A stretch of 64,000 bases of DNA, taken from the NCBI GenBank assembly GCA_002269645.1, contig NIVC01002566.1, positions 97,205-161,204 of the forward strand, written 5' to 3'. A program made the position numbers and the translations under genes. The notes beneath the pieces were generated by a model. The model had not been told where the DNA came from, did no database searches, and worked only from the letters and a program-made list of their open reading frames with translations. The DNA is from Macrostomum lignano (taxonomy: Eukaryota). Below are positions 47,285-60,490 of this stretch, piece after piece; positions within the stretch are counted from its first letter, which is position 1, and every line of letters starts with the position of its first letter.

Positions 47285-47445
47285 CACAGATAAACAAACA
47301 GACAGATTCTAGGACACTAAGACAGGCGGACAGACAGCCAGACAGAGACACAGACAGACAGACAGACAGACAACCAGACAGACAGACAGACACACAGACA
47401 GACACACAGACAACCAGACACACAGACAACCAGACAGACAGACAC

Positions 47446-47488
<43 letters not shown>

Positions 47489-47573
47489 CACAGACAGACA
47501 CACCGACAGACAGACAGACAGACACACAGACAACCAGACAGACAGACATATAGGCAAATAGACAGCAGCCAGG

Positions 47574-47627
<54 letters not shown>

Positions 47628-47700
47628 CACAGACAACCAGACAGACAGACAGACAGACAACCAGACAGACAGACATATAGGAAAATAGACAGCAGCCAGG

Positions 47701-47734
<34 letters not shown>

Positions 47735-47870
47735 CACAGACAACCAGACAGACAGACAGACAGATAGGCAAACAGACAGACAGCCAGACAGACAGACAGA
47801 CAGACACACACAGACAACCAGACAGACAGACATATAGGCAAACAGACAGCAGCCAGGCAAACAGACAGCA
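47285..47870. repeat. (GACA)n-type compound microsatellite
   Basis: Direct reading. Confidence 0.95.
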
Positions 47871-47930
47871 GCACACAGCAGCTATTCACTCCGCAGTCCA
47901 ACACATTCCAGCCTATACGCAGCTCCAGCA

Positions 47931-50900
47931 ATGCAGTTCGCATTAACAGCTCGCCAGCTCTTCCAGTCTGGCTGCCGCAGTCAGCTGCAATCGCGCCGAG
48001 TTGATGCCGCGGGTGCATCGGCAGCTGTGGCTTTAGCCATCAGATACAGAAAGTACTGCACAGCCGCTCCAGCTGCTAAGGTGATTGATTTGTAAACATG
48101 CAGGCATCCCCAGTTGGGGGGGGGCTGCGACTACTAGTCTAAAGTTACTACATTTGAAACTCATAATTAAAAAGGTTCTGGCAGTTTACTTAGAATTTAC
48201 TTTGTTCCCATCGCCTCCGTCTGTTTCGCCAGAAGCCCAGCCGGCGAGGCTACATTGTCACCTGCGCTGTGGGTTCCAACGCCAAGCAGCAGCGGCGGCA
48301 ACCCGCTGTGCTGAGCGACGCTTGCGCCGATTTGCAGCGGCGCTTTGGTCGCGACGTTGCCGCTATGGTCGAGTCGGCCGCTCGGCCGGCCAAGCCCGGC
48401 CAGCTGCTGCTGCTGCCCGGCGGTCTCGGCCGCGACGCCGATGGATTCGTTGTCGACCTGTGCGTTGTAGGCATCGCGGCCGATGCTGAACACGGCGGCT
48501 TAGCCGAACGGGTGACAGCGGGAGCCGAACCGTTGGAGCCTTGGGAGGCTCGCGACGACAGACGATCGGTGGTTCGACAGGCTGTGACGGCGCTGCGGGA
48601 CCTCGGATGTCGGCAGGTTAGCGCCAGTGTCTATGGGTTAAAGTAAAATCCGTGGTTTACTGATGCGTGTACATTGGGTAAAGTACAAATCCTATGCTAT
48701 TTTTGTGGTCTAGGTTAAAAAGTACAAGCCGTAGGCTAATCCTAATAAAAACGGTATCTAGACCAAACAGCGTCCCAGAAAGCGTCGTTTCAGAGTCGCT
48801 GCAGGTAACACAGGTAAAGTGACTCTAGACTACTCTAAAACGACGAGATTTCGCGATACAAGTCGCCAAAAAGTAGTCAAAATGATGCGCTCGTGACTCA
48901 ACAGTCGCCTCTCCGTCGCATTGCAGTTGTTTGAGTCGGTAAAAAGTCACAAGAGTTAAAGCACAATTTTAAGCACGTTGGGATTAGGTTAAAGCTCAAA
49001 TGGTAGATCTTTATGCGTGGGCGTGGGTTAAAGCTCAAATGGTAGATCTTTATGCGTGGGCGTAGGTTAAAGTACAAATGATAGATCTTTATGCGTGGGC
49101 GTAGGTTAAAGTACAAATAGTAGATTTTTATGCGTGGGCGTGAGTAATGTAGGTAACTGTAATCGAACTTTGACCAATAAAATAATGGCCTGCCAATGTC
49201 TCCCAGGTGATGCTGGACTCCGGCATCGCGCCATCTGGCGCCGAAAACGCCGACGCAGCCGCGGACGTCGCCGAAGCGGCTCAGTCGTCCGCCCTAGTCT
49301 ATCGCCGCGCCCCGCCGAAGCGGCCCCTAGTAACGGACGACGCCGATGCGGACGAGACGGCGCCAACTTTAATTGGCCGTATCCATGGCAACTCCGGCAA
49401 CAATTCCGAAGCTTGGGACTACGGCTTGACGCTAGGCTTAGCGGAGGCTCGAGCTCGGGACCTCATGGAACGGCCGGCGAATTTGTGCACGCCGAGCTGG
49501 TTCTGCCAGCAGGCGGTTGAAGCGGCCGCCGCGCTGGGACCCAGCGTTGAGGTGGCGGTGCACGATGAAGACTGGATCCGCGAGCGGGCGATGGGTGGCC
49601 TACTAGCCGTTGCTAAGGGCTCGAAAGAGCCACCAAGGTTTCTAGTTGCCAAGTGAGCTAATTGAGTGTAACTTTTTTCTGTTCAATTTTCAATCACTAG
49701 TTGCTCCCATTTTACAGCTTGGTGAACTAAAGCAATGCAGAGTTAAGTGTCTTGCTCAAGGACACGAATTGCTCTGAGTGGGTCGAGAATCGAACCCCCG
49801 ACCTTTAAGTCGTGAGTCGGACGCTCTAACCAGCAGGCTAAAACCCCTTAAGAAAATAGGAATTATTATGATTCTGTGAAATTTATCATAGCAACGGATA
49901 CTATGCTTGGTAAATCCCCATTGTGGTAAAGGAACAGTTTGTCATGAAGTAATTGTTTTTTATAATAAATAAACGAAAACACTTCTGTATTTTTATGTAT
50001 ACTGTTTTGTTTATTTTTATCATTAAAAATGAAGGACAACTTTAAATTCGATATTTTTACTCAAAATCCTAACTACACTACTGACAGCAGAAATATCAAG
50101 ATTTCACTATATTTTTTTCTAAATTAAGGAAATATGACGCAACCATACTAAAAATACTCGTAAACGATTTCAGATACAACGGGCGACCGGAGTCGCTAAA
50201 TGAGGGCGGCGGTCCAGCCGTTGCAGATGTCTGTCTTATCGGCAAAGGCGTCACCTTTGATTCCGGCGGTATTAGTATTAAACCGTCGGCTAACATGGCC
50301 GATATGCGCGGTGATATGGGCGGAGCGGCGGTCGCTTTTAGCTCATTTTTAGCCGCCTGCCAACTCGGCCTGCCGCTCAGACTGGCTCTGTGCGTGCCGC
50401 TGTGCGAGAACATGCCCGACGGCGCCGCCGTAAAGCCTGGCGACGTTATCGACCTGGCTGGAGGTCGCGTTACCTGTCGAGTTGATAACACTGATGCCGA
50501 GGGTGAGAGCCTTGTCTTTTGGTTTGAGTGGCCAACCTAGGAGATATATTTGATTCACATTGGCATAAAGTTCCAATTCACATTGTGAGAAAACTTTCAT
50601 TCACATTAGGAGAAAACTGCCATTCACATTGGGAGAAAACTCCCATTCACATTGGGTGAAAACTCCCATTCACATTGGGAGAAAACTCCCATTCACATTG
50701 GGAGAAAACTCCCATTCACATTGGGAAAAAACTCCCATTCACATTGGGTGAAAACTCCCATTCACATTGGGAGAAAACTTCCATTCACATTGGGTGAAAA
50801 CTCCCATTCACATTGGGTGAAAACTCCCATTCACATTGGGAGAAAACTCCCATTCACATGCGCTTACACCTGCACTGCAATAACAGGCCGCCTAATCCTC

Positions 50901-51978
50901 GCCGACGCGCTGCACTTCGCAGCGAACAGCGGCGCCCAGCCGCCTCGCCTAATCGTAGACCTCGCCACCCTGACTGGCGCCATCGCCGTCGCCCTTGGCG
51001 GCCAACGAGCCGGCCTATTTGCCAATCGGTCCGCACGCCTCACTGGCTTTGAACGGCGACTGCTAGATAGCGGATTTAATAGGGGCGACCCGCTGCACCA
51101 GATGCCCACTGACAGGCGGTATCGGGCCGCTGTGCAGGATAGATCTGGTGAGCCTCTGGCTTTGAGTGGGAATCCAGATTTGACATGGATTGCGGACTGA
51201 GCGGAGCGGATTAGGGATAGGGTAGAGAGAGAAAAGTGGGAATTAGTAGGGCAGAGAGGGGAAAGCGGGGATTGGAGGGTAAGAGAGGGGAGAGCAGGGA
51301 TTGGAGGGTAAGAGAGGGGAGAGCGGGGATTGGAGGGTAAGAGAGGGGAGAGCGGGGATTGGAGGGTAAGAGAGGGGAGAGCGGGGATTGGAGGGTAAGA
51401 GAGGGGAGAGCGGGGATTGGAGGGTAAGAGAGGGGAAAGGACATTAGAGAGGGCAGACAGGGGAAACGGGGGATTAGAGAAGGGAATGCGGGGGATTAGA
51501 GGAGACATAGAAAGGAAAGCGGGGATTAGAGAGGGTAAGAGAAGGGAAAGCGGGGGATTAGAGAGGGCAGAGAGGGGAAGCGGGGATTGGAGAGGGCAGA
51601 GAGGGGAAAGCGCGGGGATTAGAGAGGACGTAGAGGGAATTTGAGAAACATGCAGCTGAGTCAGTGGGCGTGGAAAGTGAACCCCAATTTCCAGGTGTCC
51701 AGTCCGCGAAATGCCCACCCCCAAAACCCGCAGGCCTGGCCGACCTCTCTAACATCGGCACCCCGGATCGCATGGCTGGCGCCTGCACCGCCGCCGCGTT
51801 TCTGTCGCATTTTGTACCGCCGTCGATTCCTTGGATGCACATCGACATGGCCGGAGTGATGGACAGCGACGGCGGCGGCGGCAGCGGCGGCGGTAAGAAA
51901 ATGAGCGGACGTCCCACCAGAGCCGTGGTTGACTTTCTGCGCTCTCTGACCATTGAAGGATTCCCTGCTGGGAAGTGA
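47931..51978 (+). CDS. LAP3: M17 leucyl aminopeptidase (LAP3-like), 617 aa, with a mitochondrial-transit-like N-terminus; exons 47931-48080, 48233-48616, 49207-49652, 50174-50502, 50887-51147, 51695-51978
   Basis: GKGVTFDSGG, DMGGAA, CENMP, NTDAEGRLILADAL (split by intron 4), DLATLTGA, WMHIDMAG. All introns GT-AG with phases 0,0,2,1,1; total 1854 nt in frame. Exon 1 is Arg/Ser/Ala-rich with few acidic residues. Confidence 0.92.
48986..49142. repeat. 39-bp tandem repeat x4 in LAP intron 2
   Basis: ggttaaagctcaaatggtagatctttatgcgtgggcgt(g/a) units. Confidence 0.9.
49700..49845 (-). mobile_element. tRNA-derived CORE-SINE in LAP intron 3
   Basis: Minus strand: A-box TAGCCTGCTGGTTAGAGCG, B-box GGTTCGATTC, core gtgtccttgagcaagacacttaactc...agctgtaaaatggg; related to 11388-11562. 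Confidence 0.78.
50561..50858. repeat. 23-bp minisatellite (ttcacattgggagaaaactccca), about 13 copies, LAP intron 4
   Basis: Tandem units; many contain the stem-loop TGGGAG-AAAA-CTCCCA. Confidence 0.93.
51205..51640. repeat. 29-bp purine/G-run minisatellite (ttggagggtaagagaggggagagcgggga), LAP intron 5
   Basis: Tandem units with degenerate flanks. Confidence 0.9.
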
Positions 51979-52019
51979 CAGACATTGCGGATATAGACTT
52001 TGTTTTGATGCCTTTGATC

Positions 52020-52625
52020 CTGCTGTACTTTTGAAGACCCTGTTGTACATCCGAATATCCTGTTGTACACCTGAACATACTTTTGTACATCTGAATACCC
52101 TGTTGTACACCTGAACATACTTTTGTACATCTGAATACCCTGTTGTACATCTGAAGATCCTGTTGTACATCCGAATATCCTGTTGTACATCTGAAGATAC
52201 TGTTGTACATCTGAAGATCCTGTTGTACATTTGAATATTCTGTTGTACATCTGAAGATACTGTTGTACATCTGAAGATCCTGTTGTACATCTGAAGATCC
52301 TGTTGTACATCTGAATATCCTGTTGTACACCTGAATATCCTGTTGTACATCTGAAGATCCTGTTGTACATCCGAATATCCTGTTGTACATCTGAAGATAC
52401 TGTTGTACATCTGAAGATCCTGTTGTACATCTGAATATTCTGTTGTACATCTGAATATTCTGTGTACATCTGAATATCCTGTGTACATCTGAATATCCTG
52501 TTGTACATCTGAAGATCATGTTGTACACCTGAATATCCTGTTGTACATCTGAATATCGTGTTGTACATCTGAAGATCATGTATAACTTAAGGTTCTGTTG
52601 TACTGTACATCTGAAGAATCTGTTG
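52020..52625. repeat. 20-bp minisatellite (tgttgtacatctgaagatcc) just 3' of the LAP stop
   Basis: Tandem units. Confidence 0.95.
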
Positions 52626-53094
52626 TTCACCTATTCTTCTTTTTTCTCTAAATTAGGCTCTAACTAGTTGAATAAGCTCGTATTTATAAAATATATAAAG
52701 TAGCTGCAAAAAGATAAAAGTTACTTTATCTAATTATAGACTTTTATCTTCAAACGCGTATTTATATTTTTCAACTGGATTATTTCTAGCAGTAATGAAT
52801 GATGCTACTGTCAGTAGGGTAAAAGTAAAACGCTGCCTTTATGCATTATGAAATACACGTTAGACAGAAAAAGATCAGCATCAGCATTGTCGGGCTTCGG
52901 TTTTACTGAAGCATGCATTTCCACTCTCAGCAAGTTTTTTGTGGAAGCAAAAATTTCTGGCCAACTGTTTGGTCTTAATAATTTTTTTCTTGGCTTGTCT
53001 TCTAATGGAGGGAAGCCGCAAAAATCTCAGAATTCCGGTCATAACTGGATCTAAAATTTATAATCTTGTCTCTTTCCCTGTGTCTAATTTAATC

Positions 53095-54135
53095 TGTACT
53101 CCTTGTTTCTAATCTCTCCCATGTAGATCTATTCCCAGTGTCTAATCTCTCCCCTGTGAATCTATTCCCAGTTTCTAATCTCCCCCTGTCGATCTATTCC
53201 CAGTATCTAATCTCTCCCTGGTAATCTATTTCCGTTTTCAGTGTCTAATCTCTCCCTTGTCGATCTATTCCCAGTGTCTAATCTCTCCCTTGTCGATCTA
53301 TTCCTAGTGTCTAATCTCTCCCTTGTCGATCTATTCCTAGTGTCTAATCTCTCCCTTGTCGATCTATTCCTAGTGTCTAATCTCTCCCTTGTCGATCTAT
53401 TCCCAGTGTCTAATCTCTCCCTTGTCGACCTATTCCTAGTGTCTAATCTCTCCCTTGTCGATCTATTCCCAGTGTCTAATCTCTCCCTTGTCGATCTATT
53501 CCCAGTGTCTAATCTCTCCCTTGTCGATCTATTCCTAGTGTCTAATCTCTCCCTTGTCGATCTATTCCCAGTGTCTAATCTCTCCCTTGTCGACCTATTC
53601 CTAGTGTCTAATCTCTCCCTTGTCGATCTATTCCTAGTGTCTAAATCTCTCCCTTGTAGATCTATTCTCAGTGTCTAATCTCTCCCTTGTCGATCTATTC
53701 CTAGTGTCTAATCTCTCCCTTGTCGATCTATTCCCAGTGTCTAATCTCTCCCTGGGAATCTATTTCCGTTTTCAGTGTCTAATCTCTCCCTTGTCGATCT
53801 ATTCCTAGTGTCTAATCTCCCCCTTGTCGATCTATTCACAGTGTCTAATCTCTCCCTTGTGATCTATTCCCAGTGTCTAATCTCTCCCTGGGAATATTCC
53901 TAGTGTCTAATCTCTCCCTGGTAATCTATTCCTAGTGTCTAATCTCTCCCTTGTGATCTAAATCCAGTGTCTAATCTCTCCCTTGTCGATCTATTCCTAG
54001 TGTCTAATCTTCTCCTTGTAGATCTATTCCCAATGTCTAATCTCTCCCTTGTCGATCCATTCCTAGTGTCTAATCTTCTCCTTGTAGATCTATTCCCAAT
54101 GTCTAATCTCCCCTGTGAATCTATTCCTAGTGTCC
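53095..54135. repeat. 33-bp minisatellite (gtgtctaatctctcccttgtcgatctattccta)
   Basis: Tandem units. Confidence 0.95.
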
Positions 54136-55474
54136 CAATATTTATTATATTTATTTATACTGTAATTTTCTCTATCGGCAACTCATGCAGCAGAGAATTA
54201 AGTTAATACCGTCTCACCTGCACCAGTTAATCCATCAATTTCTCTCTCAATAGAAAGCTCTATATTAATACGAAAGATTAAAATGAGAGCTCAGTCTACT
54301 GCAGCCTTGTGTCGGAAGTTGGAAGGCTTGCGGTTATCCGGAAGTCGCAAAAAATCTACCTTTCTGAAGGAATATAAGTCTGTCACGAAAACATATAGTT
54401 GATTGAAGAATAAGTTCTTGGATGCGGAAACCTTTATAATATCATTTCTGAGAAAATTGTATAACAATTCCAAGGGCCTGTAGTTTGAAGCACGCACGCT
54501 GACAATAAGTTTCCGTCTTATCTCCTACCGTGGATCTATCCGTGGATCCCTACGTTCTCGCGGAGATGGACTGGAATCCAAAATTTCAGAAGTGAAAAAA
54601 TTACAATAAGATTTTGGATCTAGTGGGAGCTAAGATTCTAATCTAGATATTAAGCGGTCCATGGTGACTCGCAGAATTTAGAGGAAGTAGCAAGTCTGTT
54701 TCTAGTCCAGTAATTTGAGAGGTCCATGGCGATTGGTGACTCGCACCATTTTAAGTACATGTAATTCACTAGCTAGCCTTCCAGTCCAGGTGTTCTTCTG
54801 AGGTCCATGGTCACTCGTAAGATTTAAGATTTAGAGACTGAAGTCTGTTTCCATTCCAGGCAGCGTTCCGAGGTCCATGATGACTCGCTACTTGAAGAAA
54901 AGTTTGAATAATCTACTTTCAGTCCAGTACCTATACTCCCTGCAGTCCAGTTCTATCCAGAAGTCCTCGGTGTATCCCTTTTTTCTGTGGCAGCATATTC
55001 CATTCTCAATTTATCAGCAACCCGGCGACTTTGAGCTAAGGCAGGTATAAATATAAGAGGCCAGAAAGGCCGTGAATGTGGGAACACCAATAGAGGACGC
55101 TATTTTATAAGAATTCCATAGCAGGAAGTGACATGGCATGGCTATATTTACAGTCGTGTTTGACTGCACGCGGTTTGAATTTCAAAAGAATTAAAAAATT
55201 ACACCGAAATAAAGCTGAGAGGGCAGACGGGAGGGAGCGAGGTACAGAAGCAATCGCCTCATTCATTTTCTCAAGGGAGCTGGTAGCTGTCTGGATATGG
55301 AGTGTTTTCTGGCTGACGTGACCTTCCTGCGATCCCTCAACTCGTCTCACCCGACTACTCAAGTGTCAGATTCAGGGGGATATATACGAGGGTCGTTGAC
55401 GTCACGGAAAGCATTGAAGGTCGGAAAATCCTTTCAAAGCAGATATGCCGAAGTGAAGGACAACCGAGATGGGA

Positions 55475-55780
55475 AATGATGTGGAACAGAGATGGGGAAA
55501 TTATGGGAAACTGAAATGGGGAAGTGATGGGAACAGAGATGGGGAAAATGGTAACAGAGAATGGGAAGTGATGGGAACATAAATGGGGAAAAGAGATGGG
55601 GAAGTAATAGGAAACAGAGATAGGGAAGTGGAAGTGATAGGAACAGTGATGGGGAAATGATGAGAATAGACATGGAAAAATGATGGGAACAAAGATGGGG
55701 AAATGATGGAGAACAGGAGGGGAATATATCGGTAAAGGAGGAGCCAAAAGACAGGGCGATGGACGTGATGGGAAAAATTG
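55475..55780. repeat. Degenerate purine-rich repeat (gatgggaacagagatggggaaat-like)
   Basis: Loose ~22-bp periodicity. Confidence 0.7.
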
Positions 55781-56204
55781 GAAAAATTGCCCCTAAGTTT
55801 CTTGTTAGTTAATCATTTATGTGAAGGAAATGGAGTGTGAGCCGGGGACCAGTTTCGGGGCATATTAATATCGATTAGCCTCGTTCAGCAGGTGAATGAA
55901 ACGGCCTTCAGAAACAGCTTGCGCATAACAGCTTCACAGGTTTTTCAATACTCTCCATTATTCTTGGACTTGGCTTTAAAGCTAAGGTCCGCAATCGGGC
56001 ATGAGGAGGAAAATCCAGCATCTAATTAGGATCCGTGAAGCAGAGCTCATAGACTTTACTCAATAGTAAAGCTTCCTGATTCCTTTTTGCTTTATTAAAA
56101 TCCGATTGCTTGCTTGCAATTTGCTTCGGCGAAAGTTAATTAAAGGAAGCAATTAATTAGAATCAAAAAACTAGCTGACGAATAGAAGCGAAAATATATA
56201 TCTG

Positions 56205-56610
56205 TTGTGCTTTCTTACTCTTGTGTTTTCTCTTGTTTATCTCGCTTTTTCTCATGTGTTTATCTCGCTTTTTCTCTTGTGTTTATCTCACCTTTTCTCT
56301 TGTGTTTATCTCCCCTTTTCTCTTGTGTTTCATCTCGCATTTTCTCATGTGTTTATCTCGCCTTTTCTCATGTGTTTATCTCGTCTTTTCTCATGTGTTT
56401 ATCTCGCCTTTTCTCATGTGTTTATCTCGTCTTTTCTCATGTGTTTATCTCGCATTTTCTCATGTGTTTATCTCGCCTTTTCTCATGTGTTTATCTCGTC
56501 TTTTCTCATGTGTTTATCTCACCCTTGTTCTTGTGGTTATTTCCCCTGTTTATAGCACTCTTATTTTCGTGTTGTGTTTATCTTATTCTCTCCCTCTTGT
56601 GTTTATCCCA
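56205..56610. repeat. 23-bp minisatellite (tttctcatgtgtttatctcgcct)
   Basis: Tandem units. Confidence 0.92.
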
Positions 56611-57104
56611 CCATAAATTAAAAAGCTGTGAAAATCATTCTAAACACAGATTATGCCTGTGAGCTGCAGCTTTCAAGTAACAATTTTGTTGGCCTGCCCA
56701 GAGACTTATAAAGTCCAGCGCTGCATGATCAGTCCGCAGTGATTGCGGGGCTGTCTGAACCACAATTTATTGGCAACAAATTTGAAATGCTTGCTTCAAC
56801 ATACTAGAAGCTATTCACTTCTCCTCTGCTCTCCTCTTCATCAATCCAGCATCACTCATATTTTCCTAATGAGGTGCTGAGCATTGGTTGACTCTATATA
56901 TCTACATCTAGCTCGTAAAAAAACATTTTTGCACTTTTTGCGGCCGCTTTTTTCCGCTCATAATAATGCTTCTGTTTGACTGAGTTTTATGTGCATTTGG
57001 GCCGCCAGCTATTAATAATTAAAAATATTCCATATAATAATTATAGTATATTGGCAACGTTTGCATGCTGTTCAATTTCTGAACCAAGTGGGAAAAGAGA
57101 GAGA

Positions 57105-57930
57105 GTCAGGCAGAATTTGGGGAGAGAGTCAGGCAGAATTTGGGGAGAGAGTCAGGCAGAATTTGGGGAGAGAGTCAGGCAGAATTTGGGGAGAGAGTCA
57201 GGCAGAATTTGGGGAGAGAGTCAGGCAGAATTTGGGGAGAGAGTCAGGCAGAATTTATGGAGAGAGTCAGGCAGAATTTGGGGAGAGAGTCAGGCAGAAT
57301 TTGGGGAGAGAGTCAGGCAGAATTTGGGGAGAGAGTCAGGCAGAATTTGAGGAGAGAGTCAGGCAGAATCTGGGGAGAGATTCAGGTAGAATTTTGGAGA
57401 GAGAAGACAGACACAGGGAGGGGGAGAGTCAGATAGACACGAGAAGAGAGTCAGACAGACACGAGGAGAGAGTCAGACCTGCAGACACAGGGAGGGGGAG
57501 AGTCAGACAGACACGAGAAGAGGGTCAGACAGAGACGAGAAGAGAGTCAGACAGACACGAGGAGAGAGTCAGACAGACACGAGGAGAGAGTCAGACAGAC
57601 AGAGGAGAGAGTCAGACAGACAGGAGGAGAGAGTCAGACAGACACGAGGAGAGAGTCAGACAGACACGAGGAGAGAGTCAGAGGAGAGAGTCAGACAGAC
57701 ACGAGGAGAGAGTCAGACAGACACGAGGAGAGTCAGACAGACACGAGGAGAGAGTCAGACAGACAGGAGGAGAGAGTCAGACAGACACGAGGAGAGAGTC
57801 AGACAGACACGAGGAGAGTCAGACAGACACGAGGAGAGAGTCAGACAGACACGAGGAGAGAGTCAGACAGACAGGAGGAGAGAGTCAGACAGACACGAGG
57901 AGAGTCAGACAGACACGAGGGGAGAGTCGG
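57105..57930. repeat. Compound minisatellite: 23-bp gagagagtcaggcagaatttggg (to about 57400), then 22-bp gaggagagagtcagacagacac
   Basis: Two adjacent arrays sharing the core gagagagtcag. Confidence 0.92.
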
Positions 57931-58437
57931 ACAGAAAAAGGAAACTCAGGCAAAGGGCGGACATTCTCCGCCCAAAGCAATTTCAAGAGAATAAAAAAGA
58001 GTTAATTGATTTGTTAATCTTTTAAATTTTCAGTTTCAGCTAAAATTTCTTTAGTCATTGTATACCTTTGTCTGCTTCATGTGTTCGTCTGCGCGAGAGA
58101 AGAGAGAAACAGGAGATGAAGAGGCGACGCAGAGAGGCTGCTCGGCGCCTTCATCACTGGAAGTGATCAATAAAAATATTGATTGGGTGAAAGGCGTGCG
58201 ACAGGCCCTGGGGTGGCGAAGTCAGTCAGTCAGCTTCACCTCCTGCCTCTCTCTGCCACTTGCTTCTCTTCTCGGGCTGAGCACAGTGCATTGGCTGATG
58301 TTATGAATTTGCGCTTTATTGCTAATTTCCACTCAAAGCACTGCTCTCGTATAGTCTAGTCTGATTTGAACTGCTCAGTTTAATGCATTTACATGAGCAT
58401 GTAGACGGATTGAACTCTTACATTGACTGTGCACTTT

Positions 58438-58926
<489 letters not shown>

Positions 58927-59584
58927 CAGTCCATCTACTTAAGCAAGTATTTATATGAAGTAGGCCCACGCTGGAAAGCCTGATGCAGTGCTCAGTAGAG
59001 CAATACTTCTTTCAACCCTGTCCCTCAGCCTGCCAAATCCCAACTCCCATTTCAATCCTGAGCCGCGGCGGCCGGCCTATCCTCCCTCATTCCCGCCGCT
59101 CGCGAAAGTCTGTCTCCATGTCGATTAGAGTTTTTCCGCTTTCGACCCCGGAGAGATTGGAGACTGGGTTTGGAAGCGGAATTGAAGGGCGGAGCGGTTT
59201 AAATTAAAAGCAACCGCAGTGAAGAGAAAAGGCCTTCTTGGGTTGCCTTCTTTTCTTCCCTTTTCGCCCTTTCCAACTCTTTCGGTTGGCAAGCTTCCAT
59301 GCAGTTCCAGAACCAAGTGAAATCCGGCTAGAGAAGTGTCGACCGTTTCTCTAAGCTGGTCAACTTGAGATGGCGAAGAAGTTTCTTTTCGGTTGCAAGC
59401 AAGCAGTAAGAAAGCAAATATGCGCTGCAAACATTTCTGGTCTAGTCGTGTGTGCAGAGCTGAGGCCTGTAGCTGTCTCGTTCGCGTTGCGTTTCTTCGT
59501 TTAGAAATGAAGCTTAACTAATCTTGCTTTCTATCTGGAGCCTCTGTCTCTAAATCTCCATCTAGATGTCTCTCTCTCACCCGG

Positions 59585-60490
59585 CATCACCTGCATGCAT
59601 CTCACTCCCCTTAAATCTCTCCCCTTCATCTCTCCCTTTCATCCCTCCCCTTCATCCATCCCCTTCATCTCTCCCCTTCATCTCTCCCCTTGATCTCTGC
59701 CCTTCATCCATCCCCTTCATCCATCCCCTTCATCCATCCCCTTCATCCATCCCCTTCATCTCTCCCTTTCATCCCTCCCTTCATCCATCCCCTTCATCTC
59801 TTCCTTCATCTCTCCCCTTTATTTCTCCCTTTCATCCCTCCCCTTCATCTCTCCCTTCATCTCTCCTCTTCATCTTTGCCCTTCATCTCTGCCTTCATCT
59901 CTCCCTTCATCTCTGCCCTTCATCTCTCCTCTTCATCTCTGCCCTTCATCTCTCCTCTTCATCTCTACGTTTAATCTCTGCCCTTCATCTCTCCCTTTCA
60001 TCTCTGCCCTTCATCTCTCCTCTTCATCTCTGCCCTTCATCTCTGCTCTTCATCTCTGCCCTTCATCTCTCCCCTTCATCTCTCCTCTTCATCTCTACGT
60101 TTAATCTCTACCCTTCATCTCTCCCTTTCATCTCTGCTCTTCATCTCTCCTCTTCATCTCTACGTTTAATCTCTGCCCTTCATCTCTCCCTTTCATCTCT
60201 GCCTTCATCTCTCCTCTTCATCTCTGCCCTTCATCTCTCCTCTTCATCTCTGCCCTTCATCTCTGCTCTTCATCTCTGCCCTTCATCTCTCCCCTTCATC
60301 TCTCATCTTCATCTCTACGTTTAATCTCTGCCCTTCATCTCTCCCTTTCATCTCTGCTCTTCATCTCTCCTCTTCATCTCTACGTTTAATCTCTGCCTTC
60401 ATCTCTCCCTTTCATCTCCCCCCTTCATCTCTGCCCTTCATCTCTGCCCTTCATCTCTGCCCTTTATCTCTCCCCTCTATCTCTCCACTC
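59585..60490. repeat. Pyrimidine-rich ccttcatctct-based minisatellite
   Basis: Variable 12-14-bp units. Confidence 0.9.

Noticed and set aside
49745-49845. tRNA gene
   Set aside because: A and B boxes are present but there is no acceptor stem or cloverleaf, and it runs into a CORE domain, so it is a SINE head.
54291-54497. SNYRPLELL as the LINE RT NYRPISLL motif
   Set aside because: The upstream K-x-G context and downstream RT motifs are absent; likely chance.
59125-59430. 101-aa ORF in a GC-richer island
   Set aside because: No homology cue, TTG start and no splice support.
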